A stretch of 64,000 nucleotides of DNA from Bacillota bacterium (lineage in GTDB: Bacteria > Bacillota > Ch66 > Ch109), in assembly GCA_050952625.1 (NCBI GenBank), contig JBMNLH010000001.1, forward strand, positions 1,280,001-1,344,000, read 5' to 3'. The notes below the pieces were generated by a model, which was not told where the DNA came from, searched no databases, and saw nothing but the letters and a program-made list of their open reading frames with translations. Of this stretch, positions 33,729-45,914 are shown piece after piece; the stretch's first letter is position 1; every line of letters starts with the position of its first letter. A program made the position numbers and the translations under genes.

Positions 33729-34804
33729 ATGAAAAGAGGGAAAACTGTGACGATAACTGAAAGCGACCAACAAGGATTGAACGACCAAAAAAAGGTCAAT
33801 GCTCAAGAAGAGCCACGGCCGGATTGTTATACTGAACCTTTTGATATTAAACCTTTAGAAAGAAACAGAACTGAAAGAGAACTAATAACTTCAGGAATGC
33901 CTGCCTTATCTGAAGGCATGTACCGTTTAATGGTAGAAAATATTAACGATGTTATATTTATTTTAGACGACGAAGGCAATATGACTTATATCAGTCCGGT
34001 CCTTAAAAAAGTAATCGGCTATAACGAAAATGAACTTTTGGGAAAATCTTTCATGAAATATGTTCATCCTGAAGACCTACCCCGGGTTACTTGCCAGCAT
34101 GAAACGTTCTTTTGCCGGTGAAATTGAACCCTTTGAGTTCAGAATCTTTAGGAAAGATGGAGTTGTTCGATATGTCCGTACTTCAAGTCGATTGTATCAA
34201 GAAAACAATAAATCGTGCTGTCTCATAGGAGTATTAACAGACATAACAGAACGCAAACAATATGAAGAAAAACTGAAATATCTTAGTTTACATGATTCTC
34301 TTACCGGGCTTTATAACCGCGCTTATTTTGAACTTGAAATGAAGCGATTGGAGATAAATTGCATATATCCCCGCAGGAATAATTATCTGCGATATAGATG
34401 GTTTAAAATTTCAAAATGATAGTTTAGGACATAAGGCCGGTGATTTTTTATTAGTTGCGACAAGTAGATTAATCAAGAAATGTTTTCGGAGATCTGATGT
34501 AGTAGCTCGAATTGGTGGTGATGAATTTGCTGTTTTGTTACCCAATACGCCTGACCTAATAGTTGAGGAGGGCCCCAGTAATAGAATCCGTCAAGCAGTA
34601 ATTGAGTATATTTCTACCAATCCTATTACCCCTATAAGCCTTTCAGTGGGCTGGGCGACTAGGAACGATAGCTCAAAAACTATGACTGAAGTATTTGTGG
34701 AAGCAGATAATGAAATGTACCGAGAGAAGAAAAAAAACAGAGAAAAAATTCAAGATTTTCTTTTATCATTACCACAAAATGCCAATAAAATCAATAATAA
34801 ATAA
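33729..34804 (+). CDS. PAS-GGDEF diguanylate cyclase (multiple frameshifts)
   Basis: PAS (VHPED), HDSLTGLYNR, RIGGDEF at ~34508. Confidence 0.8.
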
Positions 34805-34884
34805 CAAATTATATAAAGTTTGTTTAAAGGTTAAAAAGAGAAGGCCGGCTCTATCCTTCTCTTTCTCAATAATCGTTTTAAAAT

Positions 34885-35271
34885 TTAATTGTCAATTATT
34901 GGATAAGATCCTTCGTCATCATGCACCTCAGTCCCTGTAAGCGGTGGAACGAAAACGCACATCATATGCATATCAGTAACTGCTCGTAGAAAATGCTTTT
35001 CATGTCCGTTCAGAGCATATAGGGTGCCAGTTTTGATTTGATAGATATCGCCACTATCAATTACCTCAATTTCTCCCTCTCCCTGTATGCAGTAAACAGC
35101 CTCCAGGTGGTTTTTGTACCAGATATACGTTTCTGTTCCGGCTTTAATTATAGTGTGATTAAATGAAAATCCCATGCCGTCTTTTTTCAATAGCAATCGG
35201 TAACTTCTCCAGGTTTTCGTATCAACATCATGCTCCGTGCCAATTATACTATCGAGGTGTTTAACAATCAA
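34885..35271 (-). CDS. ectC: Ectoine synthase
   Basis: DGMGFSF, WYKNHLEAVYC, PPLTGTEVHD; TTG start after GAAAGGAG. Confidence 0.93.
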   Translation of the reverse strand: MIVKHLDSIIGTEHDVDTKTWRSYRLLLKKDGMGFSFNHTIIKAGTETYIWYKNHLEAVYCIQGEGEIEVIDSGDIYQIKTGTLYALNGHEKHFLRAVTDMHMMCVFVPPLTGTEVHDDEGSYPIIDN

Positions 35272-35449
35272 TGTTATAGACTCCTTTCCGTTCTTTGCTT
35301 TTAACCCCCAAAAAGATTGTAATTCTAAAAACATTAGGGAGAATATTAAGCAATATCAACCCGAACTTGCGAGCAAGTCCTTCTTTCTTGATTCATCTAT
35401 TTTTTTTGGACTGATTTTGATAAACGATTGTACTCTAATATCATCTATA

Positions 35450-36734
35450 CTATCTTCCAAAATTGATAAACCTTCTATGAGGCCCAATCTCATCTATAAT
35501 AAGCGGCGGCATTAGCTTGATTACTTCATCATTTGCTCCAGACGTTTCCATTATTAGGCCGCGTTCAAAAGCTACAGAGCATATCTTTTTGGCTAATCCT
35601 TTCACTCCACAGGCTAAACCCTTTATCAATCCTCTACCCCTTACCTCACCCTTTATGCTTGGGTATTTCTGGACTAACCTGATCAAATAAGTATCTATTA
35701 TCTTTTCCTTAGCTTTAATTTCACGGGAAAAATTATCGTTTCTCCAGTAATTTAGTGCTTCGGTAGCGGTAATAAAAGCCAGATTATTTCCTCGGAAAGT
35801 GCCGTTATGCTCGCCCGGCGACCAGATATCTAGTTCAGGTTTAATTAAATTGATTGAGAGAGGCAAACCATAACCGCTGAGTGATTTGGACAAACATACA
35901 ATGTCTGGGGTAATACCCACAGGTTCAAAACTAAAAAATGTGCCGGTACGTCCGCAGCCTGCTTGGATATCATCAATAATAAGCAAAATTTCTCGCTGTC
36001 GGCACATTTCATTAATTCGTCTCAACCATTCGTAGCTTGCAGTGTTGATACCCCCTTCTCCCTGGACTGTTTCTAAAATAATTGCAGCCGGTGTTGGTAC
36101 CCCCGCTAGAACTGTCATCAAGGTATCTTTCAATACATTTTACTGTGTCAACACCTTCGCCGAAGTATTTATCATAAGGCATAAAAACTCCGTTATTAAG
36201 TGAAATGCCTGCCCCCTGACGTTTAAAAGAATTGCCGGTGATCGAAAGAGAACCAAGGGTCATTCCGTGAAAGGCATTGGTAAAACTGATAATCGTGTCC
36301 CGCCCGGTAACTTTGCGCGCTAGTTTAAGAGCACTTTCTACTGCATTTGTGCCAGTAGGGCCAGGAAACATGACTTTATAATCCATTTTCCTTGGTGTTA
36401 AGATTATCTCTTTAAATTTCCTTAAAAAAACCTTTTTGGCCTCTGTTGCCATATCTAGACTATGAACAATTCCATTATTGGCAATATAATGTAACAGTTT
36501 TTCTTTCATCACCGGGTGATTGTGACCATAATTTAAGGCACCTGCACCTGAGAAAAAATCAATGTATTTCCTTTTGTTGTTATCGTATAGTTGGTATCCA
36601 CTTGCCCATGTAAAAACGGTTGGAAAGCTTCGGCAATAACTACGGACATTAGATTCTAAGTCGTCAAAAATTTTTAGATCATTTAACTCAATATTCAAAT
36701 CCATCCCCTCACTTTCTAGGTTCTTACTTTTCAT
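35450..36734 (-). CDS. ectB: Diaminobutyrate aminotransferase (frameshifted)
   Basis: [40 protein letters not shown]. Confidence 0.92.
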
Positions 36735-37234
36735 TTTTTAATAGGACCAATACGAAGCATTAATTCATCTTCGTGTTGTCCACCGGGAAATAGTTGGGCT
36801 GGAAAACACGCAAATAATTCACAGTTGGTTTTTAATTCTGCCGCAAGCTTTCGGTATAGTGATTCAGCAGCTTTATTAGAAGGCGTGATAGTTATCTCCA
36901 AAAATTGGGTTTTTCTGCATGATCCACGATTAAGCAAATGCTTCAACATCTTTAATCCTAATTTACGCCGACGAAATGCTTCATCTACCGCTACCTGCCA
37001 GACAAAAAGAACCTCTGGTTTATGTGGCGGACTAAATGCAGAAATAAAGCCTATTACCTTGTTTTCTATTTCTGCTACTACACAAGTTTCACTAAAATAT
37101 TTACTTAATAACAGATAGCTGTACGCAGAATTTAGATCTAACACTTTTGTATTTTTAATCAGTTCCCAAATTGTTTTAGCATCTTCTTCCTGAGGACTTC
37201 GCAACCGGAGTTTTTCGGTCACATCATTTTCCAT
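36731..37234 (-). CDS. ectA: Diaminobutyrate acetyltransferase
   Basis: [21 protein letters not shown]. Confidence 0.93.
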   Translation of the reverse strand: MENDVTEKLRLRSPQEEDAKTIWELIKNTKVLDLNSAYSYLLLSKYFSETCVVAEIENKVIGFISAFSPPHKPEVLFVWQVAVDEAFRRRKLGLKMLKHLLNRGSCRKTQFLEITITPSNKAAESLYRKLAAELKTNCELFACFPAQLFPGGQHEDELMLRIGPIKK

Positions 37235-37606
37235 CGTTTCTAATACTCCTTTACTCCCTGCTTTTTTACTTATTTTTTATGAAAGCATTAATTAGTACCT
37301 CGAAATGGTTACGTAAACACTCTTTGTGTAAAAATACTAAATCAGTTATTTTATACACAATAGGCAACTTTGATATACAATAAAGTTGTCTGTTTCAGCT
37401 TACCATAATCAGTATATAGTAAACAACTCCTATTTTTAGCCAGGTTGTCTGTTGAGCTAAAAATAGCATTCACTATAACCCATTTACTAATGCTAACACT
37501 TAAATTATCTGTAATACGTTAATTTATCTGTAATATACGTTATTAAAAACAAAAACCCCGGCATGGGGCTGAGCCAATCAATCTTTGTTTAGACCCTGGT
37601 TTGATT

Positions 37607-39025
37607 CTAAAGCTGAATAATATGAGTGGCGCAATAGAGACAGGGATCAAATGATCGTACTACTCGTCCAACTTCGATAGGTATTTTTGGATCTTCAATG
37701 GGAATCCCGATCAGGCAATGTTCAACCGGACCCAGTTTATCAAAATCATCTCTTGGTGAAAAGTTCCATTCTGATGGGGTTATGATTTGATAATGCGCTA
37801 CTTGGTTCGATTCGACCCGAATTCTATGCAGCAAACTTCCCCGAGGTACCTCTAAGGCACCAAATGCCTGCTTTGCAACTTGCTTGTCAGGTGGTCGATA
37901 GGCTAGTTTTTCTGGCTCTATCTCACCTAACCACTGCGACATTAAACGACTGATTAGATCCGCCTCATAACTTCGAGCGAGGACTCGGTCCATGGTAGAA
38001 GAACCAAAGGTTTCTCCCCGGATTATTGCCCGGGCCAGCGGACCAACTTCCATAGGTTCATTAGCGTATCGAGGTGCTTCCACCCAGGTATAAGCACCCG
38101 GTTTGTACGGTTCTGGCTGCTTACGCCCTTCAGGTTGGTTTATTCCTTCTGAGGTTTGTTGCTCAGACAACCAAGTGTATTTGTTTGCTTCAGTTATTTG
38201 GCGAATATCTAACGTTTGTTTCCTTTCTTGAATTATTACTCCAGGTGGTATCGCGTATTGACCCTTACTGTTAAGAAAACCACCATATGAGAGAAAATTT
38301 TCCGGTCCTTGACCAATTTTAAAATAATCTGGGTAAGTGTCAGCCAGTAAATGAGTATCCGGCAACAGTCTGGTCTCAATAAATTGCTGAACCGCAGCTA
38401 ATTTTGCGGCAAATTTGTTCAAGGTATCTGCACGAGGCCCTACAGTGGATCCCCCTGGCACTAACCCATGAGGATGTGGAACCTTCGCCCCAAACAGGGT
38501 TAACATGTCATGGCACATCCGACTAGCGGACACTGCTTCCTGATAGTGGGACCAAAGCACATCGTTTTCTTCTTTGGTAAAGCGATAATCCCGTCCTGTT
38601 GGATTAAAAAAAGGGAAATTTGGTGGTGCTTTGAGATAATCGGGAAGTTCCAAAAAATAAAAATGTCGGAGGTGATTCTGCAGAAATTCGGCTCCAAGCA
38701 TCAGATTGCGTAACAGCCAACCGTTGGGCGGCACCTCAGTTAAGTATATCTGCTCCAACATCAGACTAGAGACCATTGCGTGGGCGGTTGAGCAGATACC
38801 GCATATTTTTTCGGTTAAGTAAGCAGCATCAAATGGATCACGTCCGACCATGATTGTTTCGTAGCCCCGGTATACCCCACCGATAACGCGAGCGTTAACC
38901 ACGCGGCCTTGTTTGACTATAGCTTGAATACTTAATTGACCGCTGCTCCGGGTAATTGGGCTAACAGTTATTCTTTTTGGACGATTTTTCATATTATCGG
39001 ACTGGTTGATTCTCGGCTGCTCCAT
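37607..39025 (-). CDS. [NiFe]-hydrogenase large subunit
   Basis: L1 KICGICSTAH, PRG, L2 SFDPCLYCATH. Confidence 0.92.
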   Translation of the reverse strand: MEQPRINQSDNMKNRPKRITVSPITRSSGQLSIQAIVKQGRVVNARVIGGVYRGYETIMVGRDPFDAAYLTEKICGICSTAHAMVSSLMLEQIYLTEVPPNGWLLRNLMLGAEFLQNHLRHFYFLELPDYLKAPPNFPFFNPTGRDYRFTKEENDVLWSHYQEAVSASRMCHDMLTLFGAKVPHPHGLVPGGSTVGPRADTLNKFAAKLAAVQQFIETRLLPDTHLLADTYPDYFKIGQGPENFLSYGGFLNSKGQYAIPPGVIIQERKQTLDIRQITEANKYTWLSEQQTSEGINQPEGRKQPEPYKPGAYTWVEAPRYANEPMEVGPLARAIIRGETFGSSTMDRVLARSYEADLISRLMSQWLGEIEPEKLAYRPPDKQVAKQAFGALEVPRGSLLHRIRVESNQVAHYQIITPSEWNFSPRDDFDKLGPVEHCLIGIPIEDPKIPIEVGRVVRSFDPCLYCATHIIQL

Positions 39026-39129
39026 CTTGGTTTCCCTCCCTCCCTCCCTTCCTGTATTTTTAGTATCTACCGTTGTTTATACCATTTCCCGTATACTATT
39101 TTCGGCCCTCATCTTCAATATTTTGGAAA

Positions 39130-40051
39130 ACTAATTTAAGGCGATTAGTTATCAAGCGGGAAGGGAGGTTCAAAGAAGGGCTCCATGCCGTCCGGATAGG
39201 TTGGTTCGGTGCAGCCAATACAGGGGGTGTTTGCCTTAACTGGCCAGTTTAAGTAACTGTTCCATTGGCGTTCAGGACAATCCCGCATGGGTTAACGGTC
39301 CTTTGCATCCCAATTCAAACATACACTCAGGGTCACCTAACTCTTTAGCAAAAATTCGCTGATCAAAAAAGGATCTTCTGGTACAGCGTCGGTGAACCGT
39401 TTCGCCATAAAAAATTACAGGTCGTCCATATTGGTCTACTTCCGGCTCACCAAATAATAATAGATGAGCCAGAGTACCAATAATCCAATCTGGGTGGGCT
39501 GGACAACCGGAAACGTTAATCACTGTTCTTTGCAAAAATTCTCCCACTCCGACGCTTTTCGAAGGATTAGGTTTAGCGGCTGATGGTCCTCCAAAGCAAG
39601 CGCAGGTCCCAACAGCCATGACGTAGCGGGCGCGGGGAGCAATTCTAGTTATTAATTGAGAGCCAGTAATTATTGTATTATCTTTGACGGCCACGATACA
39701 AAGCTTTCCTTGACCTAGCGTCGAAATCGCTCCTTCGATTATCAGTAAAAAACCATTTGGATCCTCTATGGTTCTATCTAATATTGTCCAGGCCTCATTG
39801 TCTTCCGCCCACATCAAGGTATTCTGAAACCTTAAATCAATCAAGCCCTGTAAGATTTGGTTAAGATTTGGGCCAACGGCATTAAGCATTGAAATAGTAT
39901 TGCCGCCGCAACCGCTAACCTCAAGCCAAATGACCGGCATCTTTTTGTCTGGCTGGGCCTGATACAAATTATCTAGAGAGTAAAGCACTTTGGATAAATA
40001 CATTGTTCCGGTCAATGACCGGGAAGCATTGGCAAACTCCTCCCGGGTCAT
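39130..40051 (-). CDS. [NiFe]-hydrogenase small subunit, no Tat signal (frameshift ~39280)
   Basis: GCGGN, GTCACFGG, GCPAHP, HRRC, GCKGP; PCIGC motif in a shifted frame. Confidence 0.88.
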
Positions 40052-40069
40052 GACATCACCCCCTAACCA

Positions 40070-40099
40070 AAATTATGCGGGGGGTTAGATGGGATATGC
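40070..40099 (-). promoter_or_regulatory. SigE-like sporulation promoter
   Basis: GCATATC-N14-CATAATTT just upstream of the SD and ATG of the hydrogenase small subunit. Confidence 0.5.
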
Positions 40100-40152
40100 T
40101 AATTATGTCTATTACTTTTAGTGATTGCTCCCAAGCCAATTTAATTGTAATA

Positions 40153-41613
40153 CTAAATCCAATACAAAATAGCCAGATAAGGCTTAAACTCTTTGCTGCC
40201 GGTCCAGTTCCGGGACGCCGGGGTCTGCAGGGATCCCGCTAAAACGTCCTCGTCAATAGACCGCAAGCAGAGTCCGTAATTTGCCCGTTCACTTTTGATC
40301 CACTGTTTCACTATCTGCGTAATATTCCAAGCGAGCCAGGAACTGGCCGCATTTCCCTCGACCGCTACCCGATCAACTGGTTGATTTGCCTGAACCGGTT
40401 GATTGGACCAAGTTAGAGTTTCTTCATTCCAGGCTTCTAAAACCGGGTAACACCCGATAAGGTCAAAAACCGGGGCCTTCCAATTAAGCCAAAGATACAA
40501 AAAGGCTGAATCTATTTCACAGCCAGCCGGTAGTTCTGGCAGATGAAAGGCTAAATACGCCCGAGCGGATGACCATCTTCCTGATTGGTGCCACTCTCGG
40601 CCAATAACCAGGACCGCTGATTCGGGAGAAGGTTCCTCAGGTCTGCCACTCATTACACATGCATCAACAGAAGGCGGCTGAATCTGAAGTAATCGTAGAT
40701 TCCTGCCGGTTGAAATAGTTTTGCCCCCTGTCCGTTGCTTCTTTAATCCTAGACATGACAACATGTAATCAGCTCGATGTTTATAAGTGTGTTTAGCTAA
40801 AATTTCAGCTCGACCATTTTGAGAAATATAATGACGTTCTTGCTCCTGAACCAGGTAATAGTCAACTAACTCCAGGGTTTCACTAGGCGAATTGGTCAGG
40901 ATGAGATGCTGTCGGTCAACAAATAGCTGCTGAACCGCTGGAACACGGGTCGTTAATTGAACCCCTCCACAACCCATGATTTCAAAAGTGCGGGAAGTTA
41001 GCTGGGTGGTGAATCGATTTTCATTTTGTAAATTGAGGATTATTTTAGATCTTTGGTAAACGGAAAAAGTTTCTAGGAAAGAAATCGACCCGCCGCAGTA
41101 ATCTGTAATGGTCTTATGACCGCTTAGTTGCCATGGGGCTTGCTCCCAACCCTTACCCCATAAAACAAGGTCATATCCTCCTTTTTCAATTAAAGGCCTG
41201 ATTAAAATATCGACACTTTGCCAGCGATAAGTGCTGGTGTTTTCCCATATATCGTAGGTATTGGCAACTACGGCAATATCATGGCAATAGCGAGAATTAG
41301 CGGAATGCTCAACATATGCTTCCACGGACGGGTTATAACCAAATTCTAAATGAAAGGCTGGGATTCCAAGATTCTCGTAAAATGGTATACAGTCAGCGTT
41401 GATAGTAAACACTGCATCCGGCTGAACTGCTTTGACCATAGGCAGAGACCAAGTCTGTAGGTGCTGAATATCCTCCACGGCCCAATAAACATGCAGACAA
41501 TTATATTGACGAACTATTTCTCTAATAATCTCCCGTTTTTCAGGGACATATTCCTCAATCCAGCCTACAGTAATGACAAGGTCCGGCTTAAAGACCTCCA
41601 TGTACGTCTCCAA
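40153..41613 (-). pseudogene. CgeB-like glycosyltransferase plus DNRLRE domain, 5'-truncated
   Basis: YWAVED, RTFEIMGCG, HTYKHRA; C-terminal WNEETLTWSNQP…NYGLCL. Confidence 0.75.
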
Positions 41614-42121
41614 GTACGCCGGTGAAGGATACTGTAATGTTTTTTATGAGTTATATAATCTGCCAGTGGTTATAGTCAGATACTCTAATATTTATGGCTA
41701 CTATCAGACCCCGGCCAACCCGTACTGTGGGGTTATCGGTAAATTTATGTTGTGGGCTTTGAGAAATGAGCCGCTCCTGATTCATGGCGATGGAGAACAG
41801 ACCAGGGATTTTACCTTTATTGATGACGCAATCGAGGCGACGATCGCTGCTGCCTTTAATCCCAATTCAACCGGCAAAACCTACAATATCGGCACTGGTC
41901 AAGAAACCAGTATCAATCAATTGGCTAAAATGATAATTGAGGCAGTTGGGAGTTCATCAACTATCAATTATGTCGAATCACGCGATATTGATAATATTCG
42001 CCGCCGAGTTTTAAGTATTGAAAGACTAAGACGAGATTTACAGATTATTCCGCGCAATCCCTTAGAAAAAGGAATTGAACTTACCTTAAACTGGTTTCGG
42101 AAAAACGGGAATTGGGAATAA
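41600..42121 (+). pseudogene. NAD-dependent epimerase/dehydratase C-terminal half
   Basis: Starts at SKYAGE; RYSNIYG, GDGEQTRDF; Rossmann N-terminus missing. Confidence 0.8.
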
Positions 42122-42298
42122 AACCCATAACATCATATGCCATTTATAAGGCAAACGTGTCTTATAATCCCTCTTAAGGAAAAATAATCCTTTGCATCCC
42201 TTCCTCCAACAACCAAAAATCGGAAAGGGCACCCCCATGAGGTGCCCTCGCGTCTAGCCCTTAGTCTCAGAGAACAACGCGCTTCATTATGCTCATTA

Positions 42299-42544
42299 TT
42301 ATCGTCGCAAGACCTCAACCGGTCTAGGAAAGGAAGCTAAAACAGCCAGGACCTCATCCCGGGTATCCGGGGTAACCCAGATCACTACCAAGCCTAAGGA
42401 CGGGTCAACCGTGCTCACCATTCCCATACCATCCATTCCTTCAACAACTCGGGTTAAAAAATCAATATCAGCCGGGGCAACTTTCAGGACAATCTGAAAG
42501 CCCTCGGCCTGCTCAGGCGGCAATATTTTGGCCATTCCGCTCAC
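42299..42544 (-). CDS. DUF4911-like small protein
   Basis: IDFLTRVVEGMDGMGMVSTVDP. Confidence 0.7.
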   Translation of the reverse strand: MSGMAKILPPEQAEGFQIVLKVAPADIDFLTRVVEGMDGMGMVSTVDPSLGLVVIWVTPDTRDEVLAVLASFPRPVEVLRR

Positions 42545-42635
42545 CTTTCCAAGAAGCTATTAACGTGGGACACGGGACACGGGGACAGGTTTACGGTCCC
42601 GGGTAGTCTACTACCTTGAAAACAACTACGCGCTT

Positions 42636-43919
42636 TTAAGAATAGTGCTTAGGCCGTCTCACTAACGACCAAGGTTCAACCGGCTGGCTTATCTGAAAAG
42701 TAACTTTTTCTTGCGGGTGTCGGGCCACCTGGATCATCTCGCCGGCTTCATTCCACATTGCCTCAACCGTATGAAGAAAGGGCGGACTTTTAGGCCCAAT
42801 AATTTCCAGGGTATCGCCCACTCGAAAGAGACCCCTCTGCTCCACACGAATCACTCTAGTAGCCGGTTCATAGTCAAGCACCAAACCCACAAAATCATAG
42901 GATCGCATATACCCTTTATCCAGACTGATGGTCTGGTCCGCTTCTTGCCGGGCTTTATCCTGGTCAATATAGAAAGCGGAAGTGTATTCACGGTGACTAA
43001 CCTTATCCAACTCAGCTAGCAAATTTGGGTCCAAAACGTAGCCCGCTGGATCCGCCCAAAAGGCATCCAGGGCCTGACGGTAAGCCCGCACTACGGTGGC
43101 TACATAATGGACACTTTTCATCCGGCCTTCGATCTTCAGGCTATTAATGCCGCTGGCGACTAATTCCGGTAGATATGGGAGCAGACACAGGTCTTTTGAG
43201 CTGAGCAAATAGGTGCCCCGCTCATCCTGCTCAACCGGCAAATAGTGACCGGGTCTTTTTTCCTCCATCAGGGCATACCGCCACCGACAAGGTTGCGAAC
43301 AATCTCCTTGGTTGGCATCCCGGCGGTTAAAATACCGGCTCAAATAACAGCGGCCTGAATAGGAGAGGCACATGGCCCCGTGGATGAAAATCTCCAACTC
43401 GACTGATTTGTTCTTGATATCAACTTTGTCCCGAATTGTCCGAATCTCATCTAAGGTTAGCTCCCGTCCCAGAACTACCCGTTTAATCCCCTGATCTGCC
43501 CAAAAGCGAACGCTGGCCCAATTGACAGTATTAGCCTGGGTACTTAGATGAAGAGGAAGATCCGGCACCGCCGCTTGAGCTAGGGCAATCACTCCGGGGT
43601 CTGAGACGATCAAGCCGTCAGCTCCAAGTTCTTTTAATTGACGAAGATAGCCAGGAATACTTTCCAGGTCACGGTTATGGGCAAAAATATTCACGGCCAC
43701 GTAAACCCGAACCCCTCGGGCGTGGGCAAAAGCAATGGCCTCGGCCATTTCTTCAAGACTAAAATTGCCAGCCCCGGCTCGGAGACTTAAACCCTTCCCG
43801 CCTAGATAGACTGCATCCGCCCCATAAAGAACCGCCATGCGCAGTTTCTCCAGATCTCCGGCTGGGGCTAATAACTCTGGCTTAGGCCGATTGATATCCA
43901 TTGTTGTTAAACCGGTCAT
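42636..43919 (-). CDS. U32 family peptidase (YrrO/TrhP-like)
   Basis: PELLAPAG, GADAVY, HGAMC..YSGRC, CSQPCR, KIEGR. Confidence 0.93.
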   Translation of the reverse strand: MTGLTTMDINRPKPELLAPAGDLEKLRMAVLYGADAVYLGGKGLSLRAGAGNFSLEEMAEAIAFAHARGVRVYVAVNIFAHNRDLESIPGYLRQLKELGADGLIVSDPGVIALAQAAVPDLPLHLSTQANTVNWASVRFWADQGIKRVVLGRELTLDEIRTIRDKVDIKNKSVELEIFIHGAMCLSYSGRCYLSRYFNRRDANQGDCSQPCRWRYALMEEKRPGHYLPVEQDERGTYLLSSKDLCLLPYLPELVASGINSLKIEGRMKSVHYVATVVRAYRQALDAFWADPAGYVLDPNLLAELDKVSHREYTSAFYIDQDKARQEADQTISLDKGYMRSYDFVGLVLDYEPATRVIRVEQRGLFRVGDTLEIIGPKSPPFLHTVEAMWNEAGEMIQVARHPQEKVTFQISQPVEPWSLVRRPKHYS

Positions 43920-44032
43920 TTCTATCCTTACCCTTTTCTTTAACTTGATCAGAGACTCGCATTAAAACGGAGCGTTATGTTATCATCATTATCAATGCCC
44001 GATTTGCGGCTGAGATTCCCCCTATGCCTAAC

Positions 44033-45166
44033 TTACCTCAACCGTCTCTTAGCCTGATTATGTTCGTCAAGCGTGCGGGAAAAAACGTGTGAGCCATCGG
44101 GCTTAGCGACATAGTAATAATAATCATGCACTGCTGGATTTAGCACTGCCTCAATCGAACTCATCCCGGGACTGGCGATTGGACCCGGCGGTAATCCCAG
44201 GTTACGATAGGTGTTATATGGCGATTCAACCTCTAGGTCCTGGTAATAAATACGGTCACGATGCTGTCCAAGGGCGTATTGAATTGTCGCATCAACCTGC
44301 AGAGGCATATTAATGCGCAAACGATTAAAAAGTACGCCAGCAATGACCGGTCTTTCTTCCGCTAGTCGTGCCTCTTTTTCCACGATCGAAGCCAAGGTAA
44401 CCAAATCTAGGACGCTAAGTCCCTGTAATGCTGCCTTCTGCCTGATATCTGGATTCACATTGCGTTCGAAACACTTGAGCATCATCTCGACAATCTCTAA
44501 TTCCGTCATTCCCTTAGTAATATTATAGGTGGCCGGGAATAAAAAACCTTCCAAACGGTTTTCACCAGGCAGTGAATCTTGGAGAAAATCGAAGGCAAAT
44601 TGGCTTTCCCGAATTACCTTCCGGAACCTCTCCTGATCTATCAGGCCTTTTTCCAGCAGGACGCTTTCTATCTGATCCAGAGTATAACCCTCGGGGATAG
44701 TAACCTTAGTATAGTTAACTACGCCCTGGCACAATTCCTGAACTATCTCCTGGATACTCATGGTGTCAGATAAATTATATTCACCGGCTTTTAAACTGCG
44801 GTCAGACCCGCTATAACGTAAATAAATAAGAAAAGCAGTAGGATTTCGGATAAGCCCTTCCTGATATAACGCTTGAGCAATCTGACTCGACGACGTATTC
44901 GGCAGTACTTGGAAAGACTTGGTTATTGGTGCTTGCTCAGTACCAATTGGTTGCCAATAAAATCGAAGAAGAAATAAAGAGCCCAGGAGACATAATAGGG
45001 TTAGCATCATCAGCTTTGCCAATATGCCTCTTATAAACGATCGTTTATTGCTTGAATCAACATTAGTGCCTAAAGGAGTTATTTCTTTTATTCTACGTTG
45101 GTCGGTAGGATTTGACATGTCTGTTCTCCATAGTATTGTTTGTTCGACCTTTACAACGATAACCAA
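44033..45166 (-). CDS. mltG: Endolytic transglycosylase MltG
   Basis: LEGFLFPATY, ASIVEKE, SPYNTY, GLPPGPI. Confidence 0.93.
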   Translation of the reverse strand: MVIVVKVEQTILWRTDMSNPTDQRRIKEITPLGTNVDSSNKRSFIRGILAKLMMLTLLCLLGSLFLLRFYWQPIGTEQAPITKSFQVLPNTSSSQIAQALYQEGLIRNPTAFLIYLRYSGSDRSLKAGEYNLSDTMSIQEIVQELCQGVVNYTKVTIPEGYTLDQIESVLLEKGLIDQERFRKVIRESQFAFDFLQDSLPGENRLEGFLFPATYNITKGMTELEIVEMMLKCFERNVNPDIRQKAALQGLSVLDLVTLASIVEKEARLAEERPVIAGVLFNRLRINMPLQVDATIQYALGQHRDRIYYQDLEVESPYNTYRNLGLPPGPIASPGMSSIEAVLNPAVHDYYYYVAKPDGSHVFSRTLDEHNQAKRRLR

Positions 45167-45387
45167 ATTATACTACTCCGCCTTAGGATGATGCAACCAC
45201 ACTCATGAGTATTAAAAAATGGCACCGTTATTTTTTAAGGTTTAAACAAGGCAAACTCCCACTTAATGATAGAATTGTCGTCTTTAGATTTAAATAAAAA
45301 ACAGAGAATTGATACTGCGGACAGTATCAATTCTCTGCTTTCCACCATCCCACGCCTTTATCTGTTATTGTTAGTTAATATTTTAGC

Positions 45388-45636
45388 TTACTCTTCTTCT
45401 TCTTCCACGTCTTCCGGTTCAACCCATGAGGGGTTTGGCCAGCTTACTTTAAGGGCTAGCACATATTCTTCATCATCATAGTCATACTTAATCTTGTATT
45501 CGAGTTCAGTATCTTTGGGAAGCCTTAAAGTTTTGCCTTCGATATTTATACCTCCGGAATTCAAACTCTTCCACACTTCTTGCATGAACCTCAGAAACTC
45601 CGACCTTGAGCCAACATATTCCTCGACGTAGGCCAT
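45388..45636 (-). CDS. Small acidic protein (amphi-Trp-like)
   Basis: SD ggaggg; ends LALKVSW; SigK-like promoter upstream. Confidence 0.6.
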   Translation of the reverse strand: MAYVEEYVGSRSEFLRFMQEVWKSLNSGGINIEGKTLRLPKDTELEYKIKYDYDDEEYVLALKVSWPNPSWVEPEDVEEEEE

Positions 45637-45914
45637 CAAAATCCCTCCACTTAAGATTTGTAGTTTCAATCCTGATTTAATGTATGATTCATCACTAAAA
45701 AGTGTGCAAATCTATTCGGATAAAACGACGGCATGATAGACATTTATATTTTCAATCGTTAATGGGCTATTGCTAGTAGAATCAATGTTTTTTCAAGTAG
45801 ATACCAGGTGCCGACCATTGGCCACAAAATTCTGTTTTGGCTACACCATCCAGATAATCAGTTCATAGGATATAAGAGTATAAGAGTAAATCACTAGTTA
45901 TAGGAGGATCGCAA

